From positions 25,544,001 to 25,608,000 of the forward strand of contig OX597840.1 in the NCBI GenBank assembly GCA_951406725.2: 64,000 nt of DNA, in the 5' to 3' direction. Shown piece after piece: positions 50,030-63,825 of this stretch. Each line of letters starts with the position of its first letter. Within the stretch, counting starts at the first letter, position 1. The position numbers and the translations under genes were made by a program. The notes beneath the pieces are model-generated. The model saw only the letters and a list, made by a program, of their open reading frames with translations. It did no database searches and was not told the DNA's origin. This stretch comes from Octopus vulgaris. Its lineage: Eukaryota.

Positions 50030-50445
50030 CTAGGGTCATAATTATGGGTGACAATTTCATATGACACCGCTAGAAAAAACTGCCGTTCAAACCGAAAACT
50101 GTGGATCTTTTCGGTTTGAACGGCAGTTTTTTCTAGCGGTGTCATATGAAATTGTCACCCATAATTATGACCCTAGTATATATATATGTGTGTGTGTGTG
50201 TGTGTACGTATATATATGTGTGTGTGTGTCTGTGTATGTATATATATGTGTGTGTGTATGTATGTATGTATATATGTATGTGTGTATGTATATATATATG
50301 TGTGTGTGTGTGTGTATGTATATATGTGTGTGTGTGTGTATGTATATATATATGTGTGTGTGTGTATGTATATATATGTGTGTTTGTGTGTGTATGTATA
50401 TATATGTGTGTGTGTGTATGTATTGTTACGGTTGGCTAGGTGCAT
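49784..50445. repeat. Fold-back palindrome, 9-nt spacer at 50099-50107
   Basis: ...GTTCAAACCGAAAA-CTGTGGATC-TTTTCGGTTTGAAC...; arms extend through microsatellite to TGCACCTAGCCAACCGTAACA / TGTTACGGTTGGCTAGGTGCA. Confidence 0.92.
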
Positions 50446-51656
50446 TTCTGGTGACCCACATAGGAATAATGGCACCATGATGTCTGGTGAAGTGTGACGG
50501 GTTCTTTGTCTAATGGAGGACTGATGGGTTTTGGAATGACCTGTGACCTCGTGTGGTTGATAAGAGGGTCAGTGATAATGTGAAAGAGGAAGACAGATTA
50601 AGGGAATCTAAGAGCAGTTGGAGAGGGTATTGACAGTAAGAGAAAAGTGACAGATTAAGGGCTGAGAGCAAATAGAGATAGGGTATAAGCAGTAGGGGAC
50701 GGATGGAGAGGCTAAGAGACAGCAGGCGATATAGATAGAGTAAGTAATCAGATAGCAAATAGAAAGGCTAAGAGACAGCAGGCGATATAGATAGGGTATA
50801 AGAACCAGGGCAGTTAGAAAGGGTAAGAGCGATATAGACAGAGGGAGATGAGGGGAGTGGAAGAAGGACAGGGACGAAGTGAAGTCTGGCAGTCGTTGAG
50901 CGGTCGTCGAGGAACACAGACGGATCTTGGAGTTGGAGTCGGTCGTCGAAGAAGGACAGTCGGATTCTGGAAATCAGAGCGAGTAGGTGGAAACTTAGGA
51001 GCAAGCAAGTTGGGATGCAGGAGTTTTGGCAGGCTGGATTTAGCAGGATTGAGGGATGAGTGCAGAATGGGACACTGGCGATTCAGTTAGGAATTAAGGT
51101 ATGTGATTGTGTATTGATACGTGTCACGATGTAAAAGAAAAGAAGAGAAAGAAGAGAGAAAAAGAAGGACTCTGTCGATGTAGTCGATAAAGAACATTGT
51201 GAATTGAGTAAAGGACTTGTTGAATTGTAACGTGAATTGTTGTGATACGAACATTGTATAATGTATCGAAGTGTTCTGATTGGACTGTGACGTATCGTGA
51301 ACATTATTTGATCTGGACTTGTTGTGTCGTTACTGAACACTGTTATATTGTTACATGCTGTTGTATTATGCTTTGATCTGTGGTATACCGTATGATGTAT
51401 TGATTTGTTGTTTGCCTCAAATGCTTTGATGTTGTAACAATTGTAATTGTCGTATAAACTGTTGTTTGAATATAAGCCAGTGTTGCCAGTTGTTGCCTTG
51501 CCTCTTTGGGTTGTATCTCGGGTTGTGCCTCTGTATCTCTGTGCTGTTGAGGTTGTGGCAGTATCTATCTGTATCTCCTCTCTCCGCCTCTTTGGGTTCC
51601 GTGGCGGAACTTGTGTGAGCCGTTCGGGACGGGCGACGACGGGTGATTCCGTAACA
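50424..51656. mobile_element. Probable solo LTR (~1.23 kb) of a third family
   Basis: TGTTACGG...CCGTAACA termini, internal short tandem duplications, non-coding; TSD unclear. Confidence 0.7.
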
Positions 51657-51960
51657 ATATATATATATGTGTGTGTGTATGTATATATATGTGTGTGTAT
51701 GTATATATATGTGTGTGTATGTATATATATATATATGTGTGTGTATGTATATATATGTGTGTGTGTATGTATATATATGTGTGTGTGTGTGTATGTATAT
51801 ATATGTGATATATATATAAGTATGTATATATATGTATTTATATATATATATGTATATATAAGTATATATATATGTATATATATATATGTATATATATATG
51901 TATATATATGTATATATATATATATGTATATATATATATGTACATATATATATAAGTATG

Positions 51961-51999
<39 letters not shown>

Positions 52000-52011
52000 T
52001 ATGTATGTATA

Positions 52012-53790
52012 TGATTGATTGATTGATTGGTTCTAGTTTCAGCTCATGAGCTGTGGCCATGCTGGGGCACCGCCATTTGGTGTTGCTACTTGGTTTTACT
52101 TCACTAAAGCTTTTTAGCAACTGCTATTTGGTGCATGAGAGAGTTCGATGCAGCTGCCCTCATCTGCACCTCCTGCCGTGAAGTTGGTTCATCTGGGACA
52201 CCTGACAGGAAGAGATCCAGTTTCATTTTAAAGACATCTGCATCCACCCCATGCAGGTCTCTCAGGTTCTTCGGGAGGATATTGAAGAGCTGTGGGCCTC
52301 GGAAGCCCAGGCTATCACAGTATCTTGTCCTACATCTTGATGGCAAATTTGGAGTCCTAGGCACCACGCAGTGGTGCCCAGTTCTGGCATTCGTGTAACT
52401 CTCGATGCCAAAGTTTGGGACACGTCCCTCCAGGATCTTCCAGATGTATATTATGGCATATCTTTCCCGCCTACGCTCCAAGGAATATAGTTTTAATCTC
52501 TTGAGTCTTTCCCAGTAGCTTACGTTCTGCATAGAGGCTATCTTCTTCGTGTAGCTACGCTGGATCGCCTCGAGCTCTGTGATCAACTTGACACTGGATG
52601 GTGACCATAACTGAGAGCAATAGTCAAAGTGGCTTAGGACAACAGTCCTCCAGAGGACCATCATGGTTTCTTGTTCTCTTGTTCTAAAGGTTCTGAGAAT
52701 CCATCCGGCCAGTAGTCTACATTTCATTGCCAATTTAGCAACATGTACACGAAAGGTTGCGTCATCACTCATGTAAATACCCAGGTCACGCACTGATTGT
52801 GCCTCTGGGATTGCTATTCCTCCGGGTCCAGTGTATTCATTGGGTATTGCATTTAGTTTTGCATGCTGATAGTATAAAGCTTGAAACTTTTCAGCATTGA
52901 ACTGCATGCTATTCTTTTCAGCCCACTTGTATATTTTGTCCAGCTCACATTGCAGGTGTTTAGTGTCCTCAGGGTTCTGTATTGCCTGTGAAACTTTTGT
53001 ATCATCTGCATAACTTGTGATCGTGGCTCTCTGCGTGGCTGAGGGTATGTCTGAGAGGGCCATTATGAACAGTAGTGGTCCCAGAACAGTGCCCTGCGGA
53101 ACACCGCTCACTATTTGCGTGTTAATGGAAGTGGCCCCATTGGCTACTACCACCTGACTTCTATCTTTCAGAAAGTCATGAAGCCATTCTCCCAGTTTTC
53201 CAACTATGTTGAGAACACGCAGTTTGTGACATATTCCATGATCGACTTTATCAAAGGCCTTTGCAAAGTCGAGATATATCACTTCCACATCTGAGTGGTT
53301 GAGCAGCCGTTTCAGCACCCAGTCATAGTGTTGTAGGAGCTGAGTTAAACAGCTTCTCCCTGGTCGGAAACCATGTTGGGTATCGGGCAGCAAGTCATTC
53401 TCTTCAAGGAAGGTGATCAGTTTCCTTCTGACTATTCGTTCCATGACCTTGCTGATGTGTGAGGCCAGAGAGATAGGTCTGTAGTTCTTGGCCTCCGCTC
53501 TGCTACCTCATTTATGAATGGACCTTCCTTCAGTTTTCTTGGAAGTTTGCCAGCTGCAAGGAAGCTCTGAAAGAGGAACTGCAGTGGTCTTGCTAGGACT
53601 CTCTTACATGCTTTTAGGAGGATTGCCGGGAATCCATCGGGACCAGTAGCTGAGTCTGTTTTCATTTCATCTATAGCCTTTATTACATCGTCTTCCTTTA
53701 TATCGATGTAAACTATCGTCGCCGCCTCTGATTTTATATCTGCAGTGGTAAAGAAGTCAGTTGGATTGGTGATTTGGAGATGTATATATA
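52012..53790 (-). mobile_element. 5'-truncated CR1/L2-group LINE (RT ORF 52104-53444), (ATCA)n tail
   Basis: QHGFRPGRSC, YLDFAKAFDKV, GVPQGTVLGP, YADD; disrupted near 53510. Confidence 0.95.
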
Positions 53791-53987
53791 CATAGACACA
53801 CACACACACAAACACACATATATATACATACACACACATATATATATATATATACATACACACACACACGCATATATACATACACACACACACACATATA
53901 TATATACGTACACACACACACATATATATATATACATACACACACACACACATATATATACATACACACACATATATATACATACAC

Positions 53988-54368
53988 CCTGTGTCATCCA
54001 TGTTTTTAACCGTTACTGTCTCCAAAAAAGATTTTTCGTTTCATGTTCGTCTCTGTTGCGTTGCATTCTTTCCTTCTATGGCTGGCTGATTCGGAGCGGA
54101 TCTCAGAATTGAACGGCCGAAATCTGCGATGAGGGATCAGTTTCTGACTGAAGAATGAAGGCTTTGAATGACCCGTTTGTCTTTTTGTTCGTCCCTTCGT
54201 GTATTTCACGTTATTTATTTATGTAAAGGTTATGTGTGTAAGTATATATATGTGTGTTTGTGTGTGTGTGTGTGTGTATGTATATATATGTGTGTGTGTG
54301 TGTATGTATATATATGTGTGTGTGTGCATGTATATATATGTGTGTGTGTGTGTGTGTATATATGTGTG

Positions 54369-54408
<40 letters not shown>

Positions 54409-57400
54409 ATTATTTATTTATGTAAAGGTTTATTATATACATATATATATATATGTGTGCATGTATATATATATATATATGTTATTATTTATTTATCTAA
54501 AGGTTTATTATATACATATATATATATATGCATGTGTGTATGTATATATATGTGTGTGTGTATGTATATATATATATATATATATATATACGTTATTATT
54601 TATTTATGTAAAGGTTTATTATATACATATATATATATATGTATGTGTGTATGTATATATAAATAATTTTCAGATACTCTATCTTCTAATTAGCCTTAAG
54701 ATTAAATAACGTTTTTACCCACACCTTAATATTGTTAATATATTTTCAGATACTCTATCTTCTAATTAGCCTTAAGATTAAATAACGTTTTTACCCACAA
54801 ACTTTAATATTGTTAATATATTTTCAAATACTCTATCTTCTAATTAGCCTTAATATCTTCTTGTCTTCTCTCGAACATATTTAGATAGATAAACAAATAG
54901 ACAGATTATCCAGCATGTCCAGAGCCTGGAGACCTGACGAACTAGATTTATTCGTACGAGCCTGGAAATGCGCCGACGGAGATAGCCCTAGTTAGGTGAT
55001 TGCGGCTGCGCTGAAGAACAACGGCTACAAGAGGACAGCGGCTCAGATGGAGCGAAAGAGACGGGAATTCGTGCGCTCATATGCGCTTATACGGTCGCAC
55101 ATTGGCGCTCTTGATGCCATCTTTGAGAACGAGCGGGGCAAAGATGGCAAGAATGGAGACGATGAAAGAAGTCACCCCCACCTGGGAGGAGGTTTTGAGT
55201 GAGAAACCTGCCCGGGAAGTGAACCCAGGTGCAAGTTCTCCAACCGGCAGCAAGGGTCATGGAGACGGAGAACCCGGTGAAGAGGTAGAGGGAGGAGGAA
55301 GAACTAAAAGAAGGACTGGAAGAGCTAAAGGAAAAGCTCAAGCAGGACCAAAGGGTGAAACAACCAGGAATAGAAGTGGAACCGCAAAACATGGAAACAA
55401 ACAGCGCACACGGGTGTGTAGGTTCTACCTGAGAGGTTCCTGCTGGCATGGAAAGGAAGGTGCAGGCTGCCGCTTTGCACATCGGGGACCCTGCCACAGA
55501 GACACGAGGCAGATGGACAAACCATCAACACAAGGAAAAGGGATGGACCACGCACCACCTTCCCCAAAGCGGAGGTACGCAGATGTTGTGCGTGCCACAA
55601 ACCGCCAACATGATGTTGTCGAAAGGGCAGCTGCTGAGCAACAATCTTTTTTGTGCATGGCACAAAAGATTGTACAGCAGCTGACCTGGCTTCATCAAAC
55701 CCAAGCCCGCAGGTGGGACTACCCACTATATACAAGACAGCCACAGCAAACAGACCCAGGATGGACACCGCCGGAAACAACGTACACCTCACCTCGATGC
55801 TCCTACTGAACATCAGAGGGCTGCAAACACTCAGTAACAGGACAAAAATCACGTTCCAAGATGTAGGACAAGATTCTGTGATAGCCTGGGCTTCCGAGGC
55901 CCACAGCTCTTCAATATCCTCCCGAAGAACCAGAGAGACCTGCATGGGGTGGATGCAGATGTCTTTAAAATGAAACTGGATCTCTTCCTGTCAGGTGTCC
56001 CAGATGAACCAACTTCACGGCAGGAGGTGCAGATGAGGGCAGCTGCATCGAACTCTCTCATGCACCAAATGGCAGTTGCTAGAAAGCTTTCGTGAAGTGA
56101 AACCAAGTAGCAACACCAAATGGCGGTGCCCCAGCAAGGCCACAGCTCATAAGCTGAAACTAGAATCAATCAATCAATCAATCAATATGTGTGTGTGTGT
56201 GTGTGTGTATGTATATATATGTGTGTGTGTGTTTCATTTTCGTCTCTGTTGCGTTGCATTTTTTCCTTCTGCGGCTGGCTGATTCGGAGCGGATCTCAGA
56301 ATTAAACAGCCGAAATTTGCGATGAGGGATCAGTTTCTGACTGAAGAATGAAGGCTTTGAATGACCCGTTTGTCTTTTTGTTCGTCCCTTCGTGTATTTC
56401 ACGTTATTTATTTATGTAAAGGTTTATTATATATTTCGCAGCGTACGTGCATAATAACTTCTTTATGTTTATCATATCAAAACCCCTGCACGATGTCTTT
56501 AAACTATTTTCTTTCCTTCGCCATTGCTTCGTTGCCAAATTGGTTTGGCACCTTTTTCTCCCAGCCTCTCTGATTCCTTCTCTCCCTCTCTCTCTTGATC
56601 ACTGCTTCTTCTCTGATTCCTTCTCTCCCTCTCTCTCTCTCGGTCACTGCTTCTGTCCTCGCCTTTTACCCTCCTTGGTCCCTTCTCTCTCTTAGCCCCT
56701 CCTCTTTCTTACCCTCTTGCGACTTGCTGCCTCAGCCATTCTCTTTCCATCGGCCACTTGTTCAACATGTGTCTTATCACCGGAAAGGTAATTATTTTTC
56801 CACGCTTGCTGATATTGTTTTTGTGTCTCTCTTTTTGTGTTAAAGCCATAGGGCGCCTGTGTCATCAATGTTTTTAACCGTTACTGTCTCCAAAAAAGAT
56901 TTTTCGTTTCATGTTCGTCTCTGTTGCGTTGCATTCTTTCCTTCTGTGGCTGGCTGATTCGGAGCGGATCTCAGAATTGAACGGCCGAAATCTGCGATGA
57001 GGTATCAGTTTCTGACTGAAGAATGAAGGCTTTGAATGACCCGTTTGTCTTTTTGTTCGTCCCTTCGTGTATTTCACGTTATTTATTTATGAAAAGGTTA
57101 TGTGTGTAAGTATATATATGTGTGTTTGTGTGTGTGTGTGTGTGTATGTATTTATATGTGTGTGTGTGTATGTATATATATGTGCGTGTGTGCATGTATA
57201 TATATGTGTGTGTGTGTGTGTATATATGTGTGTGTGTATGTATATATATATATATATATGTTATTATTTATTTATGTAAAGGTTTATTATATACATATAT
57301 ATATATATATGTGTGTGTGTGTATGTATATATATATATGTTATTATTTATTTATCAAAAGGTTTATTATATACATATATATATATATGTATGTGTGTATG

Positions 57401-60400
57401 TATATATATGTGTGTGTGTATGTATATATATATATATATATATGTTATAATTTATTTATCTAAAGGTTTATTATATACATATATATATATATGTATGTGT
57501 GTATGTATATATATATGTGTGTGTGTGTGTATGTATATATATATGTGTGTGTGTGTGTGTGTATGTATATATATGTGTGTGTGTGTTTCATTTTCGTCTC
57601 TGTTGCGTTGCATTCTTTCCTTCTGTGGCTGGCTGATTCGGAGCGGATCTCAGAATTAAACAGCCGAAATCTGCGATGAGGGATCAGTTTCTGACTGAAG
57701 AATGAAGGCTTTGAATGACCCGTTTGTCTTTTTGTTCGTCCCTTCGTGTATTTCACGTTATTTATTTATGTAAAGGTTTATTATATATTTCGCAGCGTAC
57801 GTGCATAATAACTTCTTTATGTTTATCATATCAAAACCCCTGCACGATGTCTTTAAACTATTTTCTTTCCTTCGCCATTGCTTCGTTGCCAAATTGTTTT
57901 GGCGCCTTTTTTCTCCCAGCCTCTCTGATTCCTTCTCTCCCTCTCTCTCTTGATCACTGCTTCTTCTCTGATTCCTTCTCTCCCTCTCTCTCTCTCGGTC
58001 ACTGCTTCTGTCCTCGCCTTTTACCCTCCTTGGTTCCTTCTCTCTCTTAGCCCCTCCTCTTTCTTACCCTCTTGCGACTTGCTGCCTCAGCCATTCTCTT
58101 TCCATCGGCCACTTGTTCAACATGTGTCTTATCACCGAAAAGGTAATCATTTTTCCACGCTTGCTGATATTGTTTTTGTTTCTTTCTTTTTGTGTTAAAG
58201 CCATAGGGCGCCTGTGTCATCCATGTTTTTAAACGTTACTGTCTCCAAAAAAGATTTTTCGTTTCATGTTCGTCTCTGTTGCGTTGCATTCTTTCCTTCT
58301 GTGGCTGGCTGATGCGGAGCGGATCTCAGAATTGAACGGCCGAAATCTGCGATGAGGTATCAGTTTCTGACTGAAGAATGAAGGCTTTGAATGACCCGTT
58401 TGTCTTTTTGTTCGTCCCTTCGTGTATTTCACGTTATTTATTTATGTAAAGGTTATGTGTGTAAGTATATATATGTGTGTTGTGTGTGTGTGTGTGTGTG
58501 TGTGTATGTATTTATATGTGTGTGTGTGTATGTATATATATGTGCGTGTGTGCATGTATATATATGTGTGTGTGTGTGTATATATGTGTGTGTGTATGTA
58601 TATATATATATATATATATATGTTATTATTTATTTATGTAAAGGTTTATTATATACATATATATATATATATGTGTGTGTGTGTATGTATATATATATAT
58701 ATATGTTATTATTTATTTATCAAAAGGTTTATTATATACATATATATATATATATGTATGTGTGTATGTATATATATGTGTGTGTGTATGTATATATATA
58801 TATATATATATGTTATTATTTATTTATCTAAAGGTTTATTATATACATATATATATATATGTATGTGTGTATGTATATATATGTGTGTGTGTGTGTGTGT
58901 ATGTATATATATGTGTGTGTGTGTTTCATTTTCGTCTCTGTTGCGTTGCATTCTTTCCTTCTGTGGCTGGCTGATTCGGAGCGGATCTCAGAATTAAACA
59001 GCCGAAATCTGCGATGAGGGATGAGTTTCTGACTGAAGAATGAAGTCTTTGAATGACCCGTTTGTCTTTTTGTTCGTCCCTTCGTGTATTTCACGTTATT
59101 TATTTATGTAAACCTTTATTATATATTTCGCAGCGTACGTGCATAATAACTTCTTTATGTTTATCATATCAAAACCCCTGCACGATGTCTTTAAACTATT
59201 TTCTTTCCTTCGCCATTGCTTCGTTGCCAAATTGTTTAGGCGCATTTTTCCCCCAGCCTCTCTGATTCCTTCTCTCCCTCTCTCTCTCTTGATCACTGCT
59301 TCTTCTCTGATTCCTTCTCTCCCTCTCTCTCTCTCGGTCACTGCTTCTGTCCTCGCCTTTTACCCTCCTTGGTCCCTTCTCTCTCTTAGCCCCTCCTCTT
59401 TCTTACCCTCTTGCGACTTGCTGCCTCAGCCATTCTCTTTCCATCGGCCACTTGTTCAACATGTGTCTTATCACCGAAAAGGTAATCATTTTTCCACGCT
59501 TGCTGATATTGTTTTTGTTTCTTTCTTTTTGTGTTAAAGCCATAGGGCGCCTGTGTCATCCATGTTTTTAAACGTTACTGTCTCCAAAAAGATTTTTCGT
59601 TTCATGTTCGTCTCTGTTGCGTTGCATTCTTTCCTTCTGTGGCTGGCTGATGCGGAGCGGATCTCAGAATTGAACGGCCGAAATCTGCGATGAGGTATCA
59701 GTTTCTGACTGAAGAATGAAGGCTTTGAATGACCCGTTTGTCTTTTTGTTCGTCCCTTCGTGTATTTCACGTTATTTATTTATGTAAAGGTTATGTGTGT
59801 AAGTATATATATGTGTGTTTGTGTGTGTGTGTGTGTGTGTATGTACTTATATGTGTGTGTGTATGTATGTATATGTGCGTGTGTGCATGTATATATATGT
59901 GTGTGTGTGTGTATATATGTGTGTGTGTATGTATATATATATATATATATGTTATTATTTATTTATGTAAAGGTTTATTATATACATATATATATATATA
60001 TGTGTGTGTGTGTATGTATATATATATATATGTTATTATTTATTTATCAAAAGGTTTATTATATACATATATATATATATATGTATGTGTGTATGTATAT
60101 ATATGTGTGTGTGTATGTATATATATATATATATATATATGTTATTATTTATTTATCTAAAGGTTTATTATATACATATATATATATATGTATGTGTGTA
60201 TGTATATATATGTGTGTGTGTGTGTGTATGTATATATATGTGTGTGTGTGTTTCATTTTCGTCTCTGTTGCGTTGCATTCTTTCCTTCTGTGGCTGGCTG
60301 ATTCGGAGCGGATCTCAGAATTAAACAGCCGAAATCTGCGATGAGGGATCAGTTTCTGACTGAAGAATGAAGGCTTTGAATGACCCGTTTGTCTTTTTGT

Positions 60401-61140
60401 TCGTCCCTTCGTGTATTTCACGTTATTTATTTATGTAAAGGTTTATTATATATTTCGCAGCGTACGTGCATAATAACTTCTTTATGTTTATCATATCAAA
60501 ACCCCTGCACGATGTCTTTAAACTATTTTCTTTCCTTCGCCATTGCTTCGTTGCCAAATTGTTTTGGCGCCTTTTTCTCCCAGCCTCTCTGATTCCTTCT
60601 CTCCCTCTCTCTCTCTTGATCACTGCTTCTTCTCTGATTCCTTCTCTCCCTCTCTCTCTCTCGGTCACTGCTTCTGTCCTCGCCTTTTACCCTCCTTGGT
60701 CCCTTCTCTCTCTTAGCCCCTCCTCTTTCTTACCCTCTTGCGACTTGCTGCCTCAGCCATTCTCTTTCCATCGGCCACTTGTTCAACATGTGTCTTATCA
60801 CCGAAAAGGTAATCATTTTTCCACGCTTGCTGATATTGTTTTTGTTTCTTTCTTTTTGTGTTAAAGCCATGGGGCGCCTGTGTCATCCATGTTTTTAACC
60901 GTTACTGTCTCCAAAAAAGATTTTTCGTTTCATGTTCGTCTCTGTTGCGTTGCATTCTTTCCTTCTGTGGCTGGCTGATTCGGAGCGGATCTCAGAATTG
61001 AACGGCCGAAATCTGCGATGAGGTATCAGTTTCTGACTGAAGAATGAAGGCTTTGAATGACCCGTTTGTCTTTTTGTTCGTCCCTTCGTGTATTTCACGT
61101 TATTTATTTATGTAAAGGTTATGTGTGTAAGTATATATAT

Positions 61141-61176
<36 letters not shown>

Positions 61177-62636
61177 ATTATATGTGTGTGTGTATGTATA
61201 TATATGTGCGTGTGTGCATGTATATATATGTGTGTGTGTGTGTGTATATATGTGTGTGTGTATGTATATATATATATATATATGTTATTATTTATTTATG
61301 TAAAGGTTTATTATATACATATATATATATATATGTGTGTGTGTGTATGTATATATATATATGTTATTATTTATTTATCAAAAGGTTTATTATATACATA
61401 TATATATATATATGTATGTGTGTATGTATATATATGTGTGTGTGTATGTATATATATATATATATATATTATTATTTATTTATCTAAAGGTTTATTATAT
61501 ACATATATATATATATGTATGTGTGTATGTATATATATATGTGTGTGTGTGTGTATGTATATATATGTGTGTGTGTGTTTCATTTTCGTCTCTGTTGCGT
61601 TGCATTCTTTCCTTCTGTGGCTGGCTGATTCGGAGCGGATCTCAGAATTAAACAGCCGAAATCTGCGATGAGGGATCAGTTTCTGACTGAAGAATGAAGG
61701 CTTTGAATGACCCGTTTGTCTTTTTGTTCGTCCCTTCGTGTATTTCACGTTATTTATTTATGTAAAGGTTTATTATATATTTCGCAGCGTACGTGCATAA
61801 TAACTTCTTTATGTTTATCATATCAAAACCCCTGCACGATGTCTTTAAACTATTTTCTTTCCTTCGCCATTGCTTCGTTGCCAAATTGTTTAGGCGCATT
61901 TTTCCCCAGCCTCTCTGATTCCTTCTCTCCCTCTCTCTCTCTTGATCACTGCTTCTTCTCTGATTCCTTCTCTCCCTCTCTCTCTCTCGGTCACTGCTTC
62001 TGTCCTCGCCTTTTACCCTCCTTGGTCCCTTCTCTCTCTTAGCCCCTCCTCTTTCTTACCCTCTTGCGACTTGCTGCCTCAGCCATTCTCTTTCCATCGG
62101 CCACTTGTTCAACATGTGTCTTATCACCGAAAAGGTAATCATTTTTCCACGCTTGCTGATATTGTTTTTGTTTCTTTCTTTTTGTGTTAAAGCCATAGGG
62201 CGCCTGTGTCATCCATGTTTTTAACCGTTACTGTCTCCAAAAAAGATTTTTCGTTTCATGTTCGTCTCTGTTGCGTTGCATTCTTTCCTTCTGTGGCTGG
62301 CTGATTCGGAGCGGATCTCAGAATTGAACGGCCGAAATCTGCGATGAGGTATCAGTTTCTGACTGAAGAATGAAGGCTTTGAATGACCCGTTTGTCTTTT
62401 TGTTCGTCCCTTCGTGTATTTCACGTTATTTATTTATGTAAAGGTTATGTGTGTAAGTATATATATGTGTGTTTGTGTGTGTGTGTGTGTGTGTGTATGT
62501 ACTTATATGTGTGTGTGTGTATGTATGTATATGTGCGTGTGTGCATGTATATATATGTGTGTGTGTGTGTATATATGTGTGTGTGTATGTATATATATAT
62601 ATATATATGTTATTATTTATTTATGTAAAGGTTTAT

Positions 62637-62671
<35 letters not shown>

Positions 62672-63789
62672 ATGTATATATATATATATGTTATTATTTA
62701 TTTATCAAAAGGTTTATTATATACATATATATATATATATGTATGTGTGTATGTATATATATGTGTGTGTGTATGTATATATATATATATATATTATTAT
62801 TTATTTATCTAAAGGTTTATTATATACATATATATATATATGTATGTGTGTATGTATATATATATGTGTGTGTGTGTGTATGTATATATATGTGTGTGTG
62901 TGTTTCATTTTCGTCTCTGTTGCGTTGCATTCTTTCCTTCTGTGGCTGGCTGATTCGGAGCGGATCTCAGAATTAAACAGCCGAAATCTGCGATGAGGGA
63001 TCAGTTTCTGACTGAAGAATGAAGGCTTTGAATGACCCGTTTGTCTTTTTGTTCGTCCCTTCGTGTATTTCACGTTATTTATTTATGTAAAGGTTTATTA
63101 TATATTTCGCAGCGTACGTGCATAATAACTTCTTTATGTTTATCATATCAAAACCCCTGCACGATGTCTTTAAACTATTTTCTTTCCTTCGCCATTGCTT
63201 CGTTGCCAAATTGTTTGGCGCTTTTTTCCCCAGCCTCTCTGATTCCTTCTCTCCCTCTCTCTCTCTTGATCACTGCTTCTTCTCTGATTCCTTCTCTCCC
63301 TCTCTCTCTCTCGGTCACTGCTTCTGTCCTCGCCTTTTACCCTCCTTGGTCCCTTCTCTCTCTTAGCCCCTCCTCTTTCTTACCCTCTTGCGACTTGCTG
63401 CCTCAGCCATTCTCTTTCCATCGGCCACTTGTTCAACATGTGTCTTATCACCGAAAAGGTAATCATTTTTCCACGCTTGCTGATATTGTTTTTGTTTCTC
63501 TCTTTTTGTGTTAAAGCCATAGGGCGCCTGTGTCATCCATGTTTTTAACGTTACTGTCTCCAAAAAAGATTTTTCGTTTCATGTTCGTCTCTGTTGCGTT
63601 GCATTCTTTCCTTCTGTGGCTGGCTGATTCGGAGCGGATCTCAGAATTGAACGGCCGAAATCTGCGATGAGGTATCAGTTTCTGACTGAAGAATGAAGGC
63701 TTTGAATGACCCGTTTGTCTTTTTGTTCGTCCCTTCGTGTATTTCACGTTATTTATTTATGTAAAGGTTATGTGTGTAAGTATATATAT

Positions 63790-63825
<36 letters not shown>

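Noticed and set aside
54006-63747. Repeated MKYTKGRTK and MTRLSFCSS ORFs as a gene family
   Set aside because: Frames break between units and no domain is recognisable
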